Assembly (NCBI GenBank): GCA_040389905.1
Contig: JAZJZK010000053.1
Location: 1 to 64,000 of the forward strand
Direction: 5' to 3'
From: Gemmatimonadota bacterium
Lineage (GTDB): Bacteria; Gemmatimonadota; Gemmatimonadetes; Gemmatimonadales; Gemmatimonadaceae
DNA length: 64,000 nt
Shown here: positions 10,420 through 19,739 of the stretch, piece by piece
Position numbering within the stretch: the first letter of the stretch is position 1
Layout of the letters: each line of letters begins with the position of its first letter
Translations under genes and position numbers: made by a program
The notes under the pieces: generated by a model
Told to the model about the DNA's origin: nothing
Databases searched by the model: none
What the model saw: only the letters and a program-made list of their open reading frames with translations

Positions 10420-10837
10420 TCCAACGTCGCACTTCGGCCAGCACGGTTCGAGGCTCGACCGGCTTTGCGAGATACGACGAGAACCCCATCTGCGCCGCGC
10501 GCTCGCGATCGTCGGGAAGCGCGTGCGCCGTAAGCGCGATGATGGGCACGTCCTTCATGTCGGGATCGAGCCGGAGTATCCGAGTGGCTTCCCACCCGTC
10601 CATCTGCGGAATCGAAATGTCCATCAGGATGAGATCCGGTCGCGCACTCCGTGCGAGCTCGACGGCGCGAATTCCGTCCTCGGCTTCCACGACGTCGTAC
10701 CCCACGTGACGAAGCACCGTGGAATAGATAATTCGGTTGTCCTCATTGTCTTCGACAAGGAGGATCGTTTGGCCGAGCGGAGCGGAGGGTTCCACGATGC
10801 AGCAGCGGAGAGGAGGGACGATGGGCGGCTTCGCCAT
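10391..10837 (-). CDS. Single-domain response regulator (DivK/CheY-like)
   Basis: 'ILLVEDN', 'PDLILMDISIPQMDG', 'IIALTAHA', 'YLAKPV'. Confidence 0.93.
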   Translation of the reverse strand: MAKPPIVPPLRCCIVEPSAPLGQTILLVEDNEDNRIIYSTVLRHVGYDVVEAEDGIRAVELARSARPDLILMDISIPQMDGWEATRILRLDPDMKDVPIIALTAHALPDDRERAAQMGFSSYLAKPVEPRTVLAEVRRWIGGEATAGS

Positions 10838-10882
10838 CTACGGCAAAGGTAGTGCCCGCCACTCGACTCGCCAACAGGCAAT

Positions 10883-11338
10883 TCAGTTTTTCGCCGAACT
10901 TTCGAGTGCCGCAATCTTCGCTAACCGCCGCCGATGCCGCTCTTCACCGGAAAAGCGTGCAACCAGAAACATGCGGATCAGGTCGGTAGCTAATTCTTCG
11001 CCGATCACTCTCGCTCCAAGGCAGAGCACGTTCATGTCATCGTCTTCGACGCCTTGTCGCGCCGAGAAGGAATCGTGACACATGCACGCGCGCACGCCGT
11101 CGAGTTTATTCGCGGCGACTGCGGCGCCGACGCCGCTGCCGCAGACGACGATTCCGCGATCGGCGCGTCCAGAAACGATGGCGCGGCCTACAGCGGCGGC
11201 GCGATCCGGGTAGTCGTCACCAGCTTCGATCGCCGGAGGACCGCAATCGAGGACGTCATGACCGAGCGTCTTCAGTTCGGCGATGATGCGCCCGCGAAGA
11301 GGCCATCCAGCGTGGTCTGCGGCAAAGGCGACTCTCAT
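10883..11338 (-). CDS. rpiB: Ribose-5-phosphate isomerase B (RpiB/LacA/LacB family)
   Basis: 'ADHAG', 'DDYPD', 'CGSGVG', 'ANKLDGVRA', 'NVLCLGARVIG', 'RHRRRL'. Confidence 0.92.
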   Translation of the reverse strand: MRVAFAADHAGWPLRGRIIAELKTLGHDVLDCGPPAIEAGDDYPDRAAAVGRAIVSGRADRGIVVCGSGVGAAVAANKLDGVRACMCHDSFSARQGVEDDDMNVLCLGARVIGEELATDLIRMFLVARFSGEERHRRRLAKIAALESSAKN

Positions 11339-11342
11339 GATG

Positions 11343-12251
11343 TCACGGCGCCATGACGTTCGCCCAGACGAGACGCGAGATGTCGGCAATCATTGCATGT
11401 GCAACTTTCTCATCTGCAATCTTTCGAGTCAGCACGACCAGCACATAGGGTGTCCGATTCGGCGGGTAAACGATCGCCGCATCGTGCCACGTTGCCGTGA
11501 TGGAGCCCGTCTTGTGGGCAACTGGCGTGCCTTTCGGAACACCCGCTGGAATCGCGTCGTTGAATTCTTGCCGCAGCAGCACCTCGCGCATGAGTCGCAC
11601 GCTCTCCGGGCGCAGTGCGTCTCCGCGCTCGATGCGTGAGAGCAGGATGGCAAGATCGGACGACGTCGTTGTGTTGTTGCGCCCAGCCGCGAACGCCTTG
11701 CCATCTTCGACGCCTCGCAGCACGCGAATGCGTGAAGCCCCCAGGGCGTGCGCTGTCGCATTCGCCTGTTCGGCGCCCACGAGATCGATCAACGCGTTCG
11801 TGGCAAGGTTGCTCGAGCGTACGATCATGCGCTCCATCAGCTCGCGCACCGGCACGCGTTGGCCGATTCGCGTGTAGACGAGCGAGTCACTGTCGTCGCC
11901 GGCGGTGAGCTCGTACGGCGAGCCATCGACGATCGAATGGAAACGATTGACGAGGAGGATTCCCTGGTCGAGCGAAAGGCGCCCCGCTTCCACGGCGCGG
12001 AGCACTTCGATCATCACCGGAATCTTCATCGTGCTGGCGGCGTGAAAATCCACGTCGGCGAGGATATCGAGTGAGTCGCCGTTGGCGAGATCGCGAAAGC
12101 TCACGGCGACTTCAGCACCGGGCACAGCCGCAATTCGCTGGTCGATCTTTCCGCGCAGCGTTGCAAGTCGCGCCGATTGGGCGTCAATCGACGAGGCGAG
12201 AAATACGAGGACTGAAAGGGTGATGCCCGTCACGGTGCCGGAGGGTCGCAT
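11343..12251 (-). CDS. Secreted serine hydrolase, class A beta-lactamase-like
   Basis: Signal peptide; SxxK (ASTMK), SSN and HKTG motifs. Confidence 0.88.
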   Translation of the reverse strand: MRPSGTVTGITLSVLVFLASSIDAQSARLATLRGKIDQRIAAVPGAEVAVSFRDLANGDSLDILADVDFHAASTMKIPVMIEVLRAVEAGRLSLDQGILLVNRFHSIVDGSPYELTAGDDSDSLVYTRIGQRVPVRELMERMIVRSSNLATNALIDLVGAEQANATAHALGASRIRVLRGVEDGKAFAAGRNNTTTSSDLAILLSRIERGDALRPESVRLMREVLLRQEFNDAIPAGVPKGTPVAHKTGSITATWHDAAIVYPPNRTPYVLVVLTRKIADEKVAHAMIADISRLVWANVMAP

Positions 12252-12294
12252 GGTGCCGAATATACACGTGTCAGCTTTTCCCGAGAGAGTGGTG

Positions 12295-12849
12295 ATGATA
12301 TCTCCAGCAGGAACCAGAAAACCGAAACGCGTTGTGGTTGCTCCATGGCGTCAGGAACGACTCCGTTTCACCGACTTCGCCAGTACGAAGACGCGGACCG
12401 GCGAGGTCACATGCACGGTGCACCTGGCGCTCGGCGAGCGCTCCATTGCGGGCACCGCATCGGGGCAGGGAAGCCCGTCCGGCGACACGCGCCTCGGTGC
12501 GGAGGCGACGTTGCGCGCGCTGGAAACATTTACCGGCAACACCTTTGCCTTCGAGCTCATTGGGGTGAAGGTCGTGCGCGCCTTCGACACAAACGTCGTG
12601 ATCACCTCGATCATCCAGCGGAGCGCTGAGGGCACGGAACGCCTGCTCGGTTGCTATCTCGCTGGTGGCGATCCGGTCCGGGGCGCCGCGATTGCTGCGA
12701 TGAATGCTACCAATCGGACGCTGACGTCGTACATTCTGGGGCGTCCCGAGGTGCGTTCCCAGCGGCGGTCGTCCAGGATTTTGGGGAAGGAGCGGATTGG
12801 AACGGATGCGACTGAAACTGCCGAATTGAAGTTGACCCCTTTGCCCTGA
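12295..12849 (+). CDS. Hypothetical protein, possibly a stand-alone LeuA-type allosteric domain (start uncertain)
   Basis: Fills the gap between genes; beta-beta-beta-alpha duplication ending 'AEATLRALE' and 'AAIAAMNATNR'. Confidence 0.6.
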   Translation: MISPAGTRKPKRVVVAPWRQERLRFTDFASTKTRTGEVTCTVHLALGERSIAGTASGQGSPSGDTRLGAEATLRALETFTGNTFAFELIGVKVVRAFDTNVVITSIIQRSAEGTERLLGCYLAGGDPVRGAAIAAMNATNRTLTSYILGRPEVRSQRRSSRILGKERIGTDATETAELKLTPLP

Positions 12850-12965
12850 ACCGTTCGTCGCTTGCGCTCCTCGAAGGCCGGCTCCGTGAACTGGTCTGCA
12901 CCTGCTGCTCCGTAGTTGGGTCGGCTGTTCCCGAAGTCCCACCCGAAGTTCCCACCTGCTCCGCC

Positions 12966-14489
12966 ATGCGACTTCGCACGCCGACAATTGCCTTGCTGCT
13001 CATCGTGTGTGCAGCGCAGTCGCACGCGCAGACGGACAGCGCGTCTCGCCCGGTCGTCATTCCGTCCGGTGCGCCGATGCCGGCGAAGCGGCCGGACAGC
13101 GTCGCTACACCCGGCGAACTGTCAAAGAACATTGCCGCGGTGTTCGGCGAGTCGCTCAGTGTCGCCCCACCGATCGATAGCGCGGTCGAGCCAACGTGGG
13201 ACATGGACGTGCGCTCCTATGAAACGCAGGACCGGGTTGCGCACTACCTGAATATTTTCAGCGGCCGCGCACGTGAGCGCTTCACGCTGCAACTCGATCG
13301 CGGCTCGGCTTACGAACCGATGATTCGGGCGCGGTTGCGCGCCGGCGGCGTTCCTGAAGACATGTACTACCTCGCGCTCATCGAGAGCGGCTTCGACCCG
13401 CATGCGTACTCGCGAGCGGCCGCCGTTGGCATGTGGCAGTTCATGACCTCCACCGCAAAAGACATGGGAATGCGCGTGGACTGGTGGGTCGACGAACGCA
13501 GGGATCCCGTCAAGTCGACCGCGGCGGCCGTTCGCTTCATTCGTGAATTGCGCGACCAGTTTGGTTCGCTGTATCTCGCTGCCGCGGCGTACAACGGTGG
13601 ACCCGGACGCGTCGCGCGCGGCATGACGCGGTACAAGGGCGCACTCGAAAACGTGCAGGGTGATGACGCGTTCTTCGTGCTCGCAGAGAAGGACTACCTG
13701 AAGAACGAAACCCGCGAGTACGTGCCGCAGCTCATTGCCGCGGCGCTCATTGCCAAGGAGCCCGCGCGCTATGGGTTGGAACTGCATCCACGCGCGCCTT
13801 TCGAATACGATACGGTACGTGTGCCCGCGGGGACGCCGCTCGCCGCAATCGCCAAGGCGATCAACGTATCGACGGAGGTCATCTCCGATCTCAACCCGCA
13901 CGTATTACGCGGGATGACGCCACCGAAGGAGGAGATCCTGGTCCGCGTTCCCGTGGGCGGTTCGGTGGCGTTCGATTCGGCCTTCGCCGAGTTGTCCGCG
14001 AGCGACCGCTTGGCGACGCGCAGCGAGGAGACGAAAAAGGGCGACAGCTATGAGCGGCTCGCCAGCGCGAATGGAATCACGGCAGCGATGTTACGCGCGT
14101 TCAATCCCACGGTGCGTGCGCTCAAGAGTGGCAAGCTCGTGGCGGGGCAGTCGCTGGTGATTCCGACGCCCGCAGTCGCGGACGCGGCGCGCAACGTCCC
14201 CGATCCCGCAATCGAGCGGTATGGCACGACGCGAAGCCGGAACGGCGTACATACTGTGCGAAAGGGCGAGACGCTCGGCGGGATCGCCAGGAAGTACGGG
14301 ACGTCGACCGAGCGGCTAATGAAGCTGAACGGGCTCAAGAAGCCGAAGATCATCGCTGGCCAGTCGCTGATCGTGAGCGGCGGCTCGAAGGCAAAGCCAA
14401 AAGCGAAGTCGCCGGCGAAAGCGAAGACAACGTCAAAGGCAAAGGGCAAGAAGAAACCAGCGGCGAAGACGCCAGCGAAGCGCCGCTAG
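12966..14489 (+). CDS. MltD-like lytic transglycosylase with LysM domains
   Basis: 'LALIESGF', 'AVGMWQFM', 'AAAAYNGGPG', 'ETREYVP'; LysM 'HTVRKGETLGGIARKYG'; Lys-rich tail. Confidence 0.93.
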   Translation: MRLRTPTIALLLIVCAAQSHAQTDSASRPVVIPSGAPMPAKRPDSVATPGELSKNIAAVFGESLSVAPPIDSAVEPTWDMDVRSYETQDRVAHYLNIFSGRARERFTLQLDRGSAYEPMIRARLRAGGVPEDMYYLALIESGFDPHAYSRAAAVGMWQFMTSTAKDMGMRVDWWVDERRDPVKSTAAAVRFIRELRDQFGSLYLAAAAYNGGPGRVARGMTRYKGALENVQGDDAFFVLAEKDYLKNETREYVPQLIAAALIAKEPARYGLELHPRAPFEYDTVRVPAGTPLAAIAKAINVSTEVISDLNPHVLRGMTPPKEEILVRVPVGGSVAFDSAFAELSASDRLATRSEETKKGDSYERLASANGITAAMLRAFNPTVRALKSGKLVAGQSLVIPTPAVADAARNVPDPAIERYGTTRSRNGVHTVRKGETLGGIARKYGTSTERLMKLNGLKKPKIIAGQSLIVSGGSKAKPKAKSPAKAKTTSKAKGKKKPAAKTPAKRR

Positions 14490-15196
14490 TTGACCGTTCC
14501 TTTCCCCTTATAGCCCTTCGTCAAAATCCGGTCGTACCCATTCGACGGATCGTCACCATTCGCGCGGGACTTCGCGACAGCGGCCGGCCCACGGTTATAC
14601 ACGAGCAACGCCAGCTTCATGTCGCCGTGATATTCATCAACGAGCCCGCGCAGGTATCGGAAGCCGACGCGCAGGTTCGTCGCTGGCTCGTAGAGCTTCG
14701 CCGTTGTCATGCCCTTGTGGTAGAAGCGCGCCGTCGATGGCATCACCTGCGCCAATCCCACCGCGCCCACCGGGCTTGTCGCGTTGACGTTGAAATCGCT
14801 TTCCAGCTTCACGAGACGGAATGCAATTTCCGGATCGATGTCCTCCGCCTGGGCAACATCGAGGATCATTCCGGCAAGCCCTGCATTGATGCTGTATGTC
14901 GTCGAATAGCCGATCACGCGGTTGGCTCGCTCGAGCTGGGCGAGCGCGAGATCCAATTCTCCACGCGCAGAGTCGCGCTGTGCCGTGAGTGTGCGATCGG
15001 TGCTGAGGTCAAAGTGGAAGGGGTTGCGGCGGGGCAGCGGTGCGGCCTCAGCCGTTTCCGGTGTGGCCGGTTCGCGATTCCCGAGCAAGAAGCCTGTCGC
15101 GCCGAAGAAGCTGAGCGCCAGAACCGACTGCTGTATGCGCCTGCGTCGTCGCAAACGATCTCCGCGATGCACATACGTGCCTCGGAGTGTCTTCAT
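14486..15196 (-). CDS. SLT-domain lytic transglycosylase
   Basis: 'LVKLESDF', 'SPVGAVGLAQVMPST', 'ALLVYNRGP'; N-terminal TM segment. Confidence 0.9.
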   Translation of the reverse strand: MKTLRGTYVHRGDRLRRRRRIQQSVLALSFFGATGFLLGNREPATPETAEAAPLPRRNPFHFDLSTDRTLTAQRDSARGELDLALAQLERANRVIGYSTTYSINAGLAGMILDVAQAEDIDPEIAFRLVKLESDFNVNATSPVGAVGLAQVMPSTARFYHKGMTTAKLYEPATNLRVGFRYLRGLVDEYHGDMKLALLVYNRGPAAVAKSRANGDDPSNGYDRILTKGYKGKGTVN

Positions 15197-15273
15197 GAGT
15201 TGAACCCTGAAAAGGGGTTGTGATCAAGAATGGCAACGCGCGCCTTTGTCCCACAAAGGCAACGGACGTGCCA

Positions 15274-15765
15274 TCAGCCCCTCAAAAAGGCTCCGCTCGC
15301 TCCACCAGACTTTTCTTCGAGTCGGATCTCCCCGATCACCATACGTCGATCGACCGCCTTCGCCATGTCGTAAATCGTTAACAGCGCGACACTTGCAGCG
15401 GTGAGTGCTTCCATCTCGACGCCCGTCTTGCCGACCGTCCTGGCAATGGCCTCGACACGAATCCCAGGGAGTGCTGAGTCCGGCAGCAGGGCCACCGAGA
15501 CATCAGTCAATGTAATCGGGTGGCATAGCGGAATGAGATCGGACGTGCGTTTTGCCGCCATAATGCCGGCCAACCGTGCGACACCCAACACGTCTCCCTT
15601 CTTGAGCGAGTTCGCGACAATGGCATCCAGCGTCTCGGGCTCCATGGAGATGTGCCCCGACACACGGGCGACCCGTTCGCTGTCCGGTTTGCCGCCAACA
15701 TCCACCATGCGGGCACTTCCGTCGGGAGCCACGTGGGAGAGCCTCGCTTTCCGTTCCTCCGTCAC
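15274..15765 (-). CDS. moaC: Cyclic pyranopterin monophosphate synthase
   Basis: 'ARMVDVGGK', 'LIPLCHP', 'TGVEMEAL', 'IYDMAKAVD', 'EKSGG'. Confidence 0.97.
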   Translation of the reverse strand: MTEERKARLSHVAPDGSARMVDVGGKPDSERVARVSGHISMEPETLDAIVANSLKKGDVLGVARLAGIMAAKRTSDLIPLCHPITLTDVSVALLPDSALPGIRVEAIARTVGKTGVEMEALTAASVALLTIYDMAKAVDRRMVIGEIRLEEKSGGASGAFLRG

Positions 15766-16835
15766 GCGATGTGCCTCGCAAGTTGACGCATCAGCTCACT
15801 CGTGACGAGCTGCGGATTGGTCACGCCTTCCGCGCGCGTCTTGGCGGCTTCCACCGCATCGATCGCCTTCGCGGCACCAAAGGCCATGCGATCGTCGCCA
15901 GCAGCGGCGGCAGTCCGTACGCGCGCGTGCAGCAGGGTCGTGAGCGCGTCGAGCGAGGTGGCGAATGCCCCGCGCGCCTTGTTCGATCCCTGCATCAGCG
16001 CCGTTCGCATTTGCTCCTGGCGATCACCCCGACTCGCCGCGTCGAGTATTCGCTTGGCGCGCGCGATCGCGTCGGCCCACTCCGCGCCCGCGATCAGCGC
16101 ACCGGGCGCGCCATTGGCAACGCGACGCTGCTCGTCCCGTGACTTCGGCCCGCCCGCCGACTTGATCGCGTCCTGCATGGCCGGCTCTGCGAGGACGGCG
16201 TCCACATCCGCGTCGCCCATCCCCGGCACGCGCACCGCGACGAGGCGCGAACGGATCGTGGGAATCAGCGAGCCGGGTTCGCTCGTCGTCAGGATGATCG
16301 TCGTGCGCGCCGATGGTTCTTCGAGGAGCTTGAGGAAGGCGCCAGCTGAATCCTCCGAGCCTTCGCGCAGTACCATGCGCTCCGCCTCTCCGACGACGTA
16401 GATCTTTCTCGCCGCCAGTGCCGGCGACATCGACGCCGACTGCGTGATCGCGCGAATCGTGGAGACGTAGATTCCCTCCTCCGGCGCCGGAGGCGTGTAG
16501 ACGCCAGTCCGAACTCGCTCCCCGATCGCTTCACGGAAGTCATCGGCGATCTTTGCCGGCGAGGCGTCGGAGTCCTTGGGGCGCGGGCGCGGAAAGAACC
16601 AGTGAATGTCGGGGTGTTGGCCCGCCAGCGCGAAGCGGCAGTGCTGGCAACTTCCGCAGGGTTTTGGGTCGGCGCCCGTGCAGACGAGTCGCTGCCCAAG
16701 CCAGAGTGCAAGCCGCTGCTTGCCGACACCAAGCGGGCCGTGCAGCATCAGCGAACCCGGGAGTGCATCTCGGCGAACGGCGTCGTCGAAGCGCGAGCGG
16801 ATGAGCGAATGGCCGTGGAGGGGGAGCAGGGGCAC
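15762..16835 (-). CDS. holB: DNA polymerase III delta-prime subunit
   Basis: 'HGPLGVGK', zinc module C...PCGSCQHC, 'HPDIH', 'LKLLEEP', 'PTIRSR'. Confidence 0.9.
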   Translation of the reverse strand: MPLLPLHGHSLIRSRFDDAVRRDALPGSLMLHGPLGVGKQRLALWLGQRLVCTGADPKPCGSCQHCRFALAGQHPDIHWFFPRPRPKDSDASPAKIADDFREAIGERVRTGVYTPPAPEEGIYVSTIRAITQSASMSPALAARKIYVVGEAERMVLREGSEDSAGAFLKLLEEPSARTTIILTTSEPGSLIPTIRSRLVAVRVPGMGDADVDAVLAEPAMQDAIKSAGGPKSRDEQRRVANGAPGALIAGAEWADAIARAKRILDAASRGDRQEQMRTALMQGSNKARGAFATSLDALTTLLHARVRTAAAAGDDRMAFGAAKAIDAVEAAKTRAEGVTNPQLVTSELMRQLARHIA

Positions 16836-16859
16836 GATTGAAAGTAATGCCGAGGTCTA

Positions 16860-16883
16860 CGCTCAAGGGCGACAAAACGAGCG
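16860..16883. repeat. Half copy of the REP-like element (CGCTCAAGGGCGACAAAACGAGCG)
   Basis: Near-identical to 23631-23653, 33370-33388 and the reverse complement of 49293-49315. Confidence 0.75.
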
Positions 16884-16893
16884 GAACCGCAAC

Positions 16894-16992
16894 ATGAACC
16901 ACAGAGGACACAGAGGACACGGAGAAAACCACAAAGGTTCTGATTGAGCATTCCATGCAGTCCTGTGTTCCTCTGTGTCCTCTGTGGTTCAT
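16894..16992. repeat. Inverted repeat with perfect 24-bp arms built from 9-nt CACAGAGGA units
   Basis: ATGAACCACAGAGGACACAGAGGA at 16894-16917; exact reverse complement at 16969-16992. Confidence 0.92.
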
Positions 16993-17055
16993 TGCTGTTT
17001 CCGTGCGGCACGGATTGTGACGCTCTTTCCAGCGAATTTCACAATCGAGGGAGCC

Positions 17056-17700
17056 ATGGAATCCGGACTCAAGGGACGCAGGGTGGCGATTCTCGCGACG
17101 GACGGCGTCGAGCAGATCGAGTTCGAGGATCCTCGTCGCGCACTCGATGCCGCGGGCGCCGTCACGCACCTGATATCGCAGAAGGAAGGCTCCATCCAGG
17201 CGATGAATCACGATGAGAAAGGCGCGCGCATCCCGGTGGACCGTACGCTCGCCGCGTCGAATCCGAGCGACTACGACGCCCTGTTGTTGCCGGGCGGGGT
17301 GGCGAATCCTGATCGGTTGCGGATGGACCCAAAGGCGGTGCAGTTCGTTCGCGAGTTCATGCTGTCCGACAAGCCGGTCGCGGCCATCTGTCACGGCGCA
17401 TGGCTGCTTGTCGAGGCGGGCGCGGTGTCGGGGCGGACGCTGACCTCCTGGCCGTCGCTCCAGACGGACATTCGGAACGCCGGAGGGCAGTGGGTGGATG
17501 AGGTGGTTCGTGTCGACGACAAGTTGGTGACGAGCCGGAAGCCCGAAGACCTGCCAAAGTTCTGTGCGACGATCGTGAAGGAGTTCGCCCGCGGCATCGA
17601 GGACGCGCAACTGGATGCGGTCAGCGAGCAGAGCTTTCCCGCGAGTGACCCGCCTCCCGGGCCGACGGCCATCGGGGGCCAAGGCGCCGCGCGCACTTGA
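17056..17700 (+). CDS. PfpI/YhbO (DJ-1) family type 1 glutamine amidotransferase-like protein
   Basis: 'VAILATDGVEQIE', 'LLLPGG', 'AAICHG', 'LVTSRKPEDL'; GAGGGAG RBS. Confidence 0.94.
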   Translation: MESGLKGRRVAILATDGVEQIEFEDPRRALDAAGAVTHLISQKEGSIQAMNHDEKGARIPVDRTLAASNPSDYDALLLPGGVANPDRLRMDPKAVQFVREFMLSDKPVAAICHGAWLLVEAGAVSGRTLTSWPSLQTDIRNAGGQWVDEVVRVDDKLVTSRKPEDLPKFCATIVKEFARGIEDAQLDAVSEQSFPASDPPPGPTAIGGQGAART

Positions 17701-17714
17701 GGACGCCGCGCCTC

Positions 17715-17762
17715 ACTTTATGGCGCAAAGCACTTGACAAGCGACGGAAAACGCATCATTCT
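17715..17762 (+). promoter_or_regulatory. Sigma70-type promoter with an adjacent palindromic operator candidate
   Basis: TTGACA 17734-39, 17-nt spacer, CATTCT 17757-62, ATG 6 nt later; ACTTT-N7-AAAGC at 17715-31. Confidence 0.7.
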
Positions 17763-17768
17763 CCTGAC

Positions 17769-18386
17769 ATGACGCGCGTTCTGCCGCTCCGCCCCACGAA
17801 GACACCCCAGCCGCCCGAGATGCATGAACGGGCGATGGACAACCTTCGCTACATCAGAGAGACGATGGAGGCCGCCGCGACCTTCACCGCCGTCTCTGGC
17901 TGGGGCATGGTGCTCATCGGCGCCACCGCGATGGGCGCGGCACTGCTCGCGGCCGCCACGCACAGTACCACCCGCTGGCTCTTCATCTGGATGTGCGAAG
18001 CGGCACTCTCCGTCGCCGTCTCCGTTTACACCATGGCGCTCAAGGCACGGGCCGCGCAGCTGCCGCTCTGGTCCGAGCCCGCGCGAAAGATGGTCTTCAG
18101 CTTCGTCCCACCAATGATCGTGGGCGCGTTGCTCACCCTCGTGTTCTTCGAGCGCGGCCTCCTCTCGCTCATCCCCGGCGTCTGGATGCTGCTGTACGGC
18201 GTCGCCGTCGTCGCCGCCGGTACCTTCTCAGTCCGCATCGTCCCCGTCATGGGCCTCGTGTTCATGGCACTCGGCTCCGTCGTTCTCTTCACACCGCCCG
18301 CCTGGGCGACGGCGAGCATGGCTGTGGGGTTCGGTGCATTACATCTCGTTTTCGGAACTTTGATTGCACGGAGGCACGGTGGCTAA
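17769..18386 (+). CDS. Integral membrane protein (~6 TM) of unknown function
   Basis: 'DNLRYIRETME' N-terminus followed by hydrophobic helices; overlaps the regulator gene. Confidence 0.85.
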   Translation: MTRVLPLRPTKTPQPPEMHERAMDNLRYIRETMEAAATFTAVSGWGMVLIGATAMGAALLAAATHSTTRWLFIWMCEAALSVAVSVYTMALKARAAQLPLWSEPARKMVFSFVPPMIVGALLTLVFFERGLLSLIPGVWMLLYGVAVVAAGTFSVRIVPVMGLVFMALGSVVLFTPPAWATASMAVGFGALHLVFGTLIARRHGG

Positions 18387-18789
18387 GCACGGCGCAGCAA
18401 CGAAACGGACGAACGATCCCGCCGGCGAGGCGCGGGCGTCGCGCGCGCTACGGTCGGTGAATGGCGCCACGGTCGAGGGCCAGGCCGAAGAGGGCGCATT
18501 GGCACTCGACCGTCTCATTCACGAGCGGTTGCGGCTCGGTATCGTCAGTGCGCTCGCGGTGAACGCATCGCTCACGTTCAATGAGCTCAAGCAGCTCATG
18601 CAGACGACGGATGGCAACCTGAGCGTCCACGCGCGAAAGCTCGAGGACGCCGCCTACATCACCTGCAAGAAGTCCTTCGAGGGACGCGTGCCGAGGACCG
18701 AGTACAAGCTGACCGCGTTGGGCCGAAAGGCGCTCGAGCGCTACCTGGACCACATGGAGGCGCTGATTCGCGCCACACGGGAGCGCTGA
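18379..18789 (+). CDS. Winged-helix transcriptional regulator (ArsR/MarR-like, HTH_34 type)
   Basis: 'LDRLIHERLRLGIVSAL', 'TDGNLSVHARKLEDAAYI', 'PRTEYKLT'; GGAGG RBS. Confidence 0.92.
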   Translation: MAKHGAATKRTNDPAGEARASRALRSVNGATVEGQAEEGALALDRLIHERLRLGIVSALAVNASLTFNELKQLMQTTDGNLSVHARKLEDAAYITCKKSFEGRVPRTEYKLTALGRKALERYLDHMEALIRATRER

Positions 18790-18794
18790 TCCGG

Positions 18795-19556
18795 ATGTCC
18801 ATTCCACGACACGCGAGCTCGCATTCCCACGGACACTCGCACTCCCCCACTCCGTTCGCTGGCCCGCACGTGGCCATCATCATGGACGGAAATGGCCGAT
18901 GGGCCACCGCGCATGGTTTGGGGCGGTCGGCGGGTCACGAAGCTGGTGTGCGCACGGTCAGGGAGGTCGTCGAGGCCGCGGTGCAGGAGAATGTCGGCAT
19001 CTTGACGCTGTACGCATTCTCCTCCGACAACTGGAAACGTCCGACGGCGGAAGTGACGGCGCTCATGCGATTGTTCCGCCGAGCGCTCATCGCCGAAGCG
19101 AAGCGCTGCCTCCAGAATGGCGTACGGTTGACCGTGCTCGGACGACGCGATCGTCTCGGTTCGTCGCTCCGTCACACTGTCGAACAGGTCGAGGCGGTGA
19201 CGGTGAGCGGGACCCGCATGCATCTGCGGATCGCCATGGACTACTCGGCGCGCGATGCGATGATACGAGCGTCGGCCGCATTGCGGGGCGAAGTGGTTTC
19301 GCGCGAGGCATTCACGGAAATGCTCGCGCGCGTGGACCATGACATGGTGCCGGCGCGCGACGTCGATCTGCTCGTCCGCACAGGCGGAGAGCAACGGTTG
19401 AGCGATTTTCTTCTGTGGGAGTGCGCCTACGCGGAAATGATCTTCCTGGAAAAGATGTGGCCGGAATTCGATGCCCAGGATCTCGCGGAGGCACTGGCGG
19501 ATTTCCGGGGCCGGAATCGGCGATTCGGGTTGGCGCCGGAGCAGGTCGCCTCGTAG
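18795..19556 (+). CDS. uppS: cis-Prenyltransferase (undecaprenyl diphosphate synthase family)
   Basis: 'HVAIIMDGNGRWA', 'YAFSSDNWKRP', 'RTGGEQRLSDFLLWE', 'RRFG'. Confidence 0.95.
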   Translation: MSIPRHASSHSHGHSHSPTPFAGPHVAIIMDGNGRWATAHGLGRSAGHEAGVRTVREVVEAAVQENVGILTLYAFSSDNWKRPTAEVTALMRLFRRALIAEAKRCLQNGVRLTVLGRRDRLGSSLRHTVEQVEAVTVSGTRMHLRIAMDYSARDAMIRASAALRGEVVSREAFTEMLARVDHDMVPARDVDLLVRTGGEQRLSDFLLWECAYAEMIFLEKMWPEFDAQDLAEALADFRGRNRRFGLAPEQVAS

Positions 19557-19586
19557 ACCTCATTGCATGGCACCAGTGGCAACGGG

Positions 19587-19688
19587 TTAGGGAACGGATT
19601 CAACGGATGCAACGAAATCAGCCGGATTCAAAGACCTAAAGGTTCTTGATCCGGCTGTTTCTGTGGCATCCGTGAAATCCGTTCCTAA
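19587..19688. repeat. Imperfect ~40-bp inverted repeat with ACGGAT-type 9-nt units
   Basis: GGAACGGATTCAACGGATGC...CAGCCGGAT pairs with ATCCGGCTG...GCATCCGTGAAATCCGTTCC; between convergent genes. Confidence 0.85.
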
Positions 19689-19739
19689 ATCACACCGATG
19701 CTTGACGCGTGCACGTGCTCGACGCCGGTCATCGACTGC

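Noticed and set aside
11343..12251. Bona fide antibiotic-resistance beta-lactamase
   Set aside because: SxxK, SxN and KTG are present, but the omega-loop ExxLN of true class A enzymes is not evident; activity cannot be claimed
12850..12859. ACCGTTCGTC (AlgR-like box) upstream of mltD
   Set aside because: Single copy with no partner at 21 bp; could easily be chance
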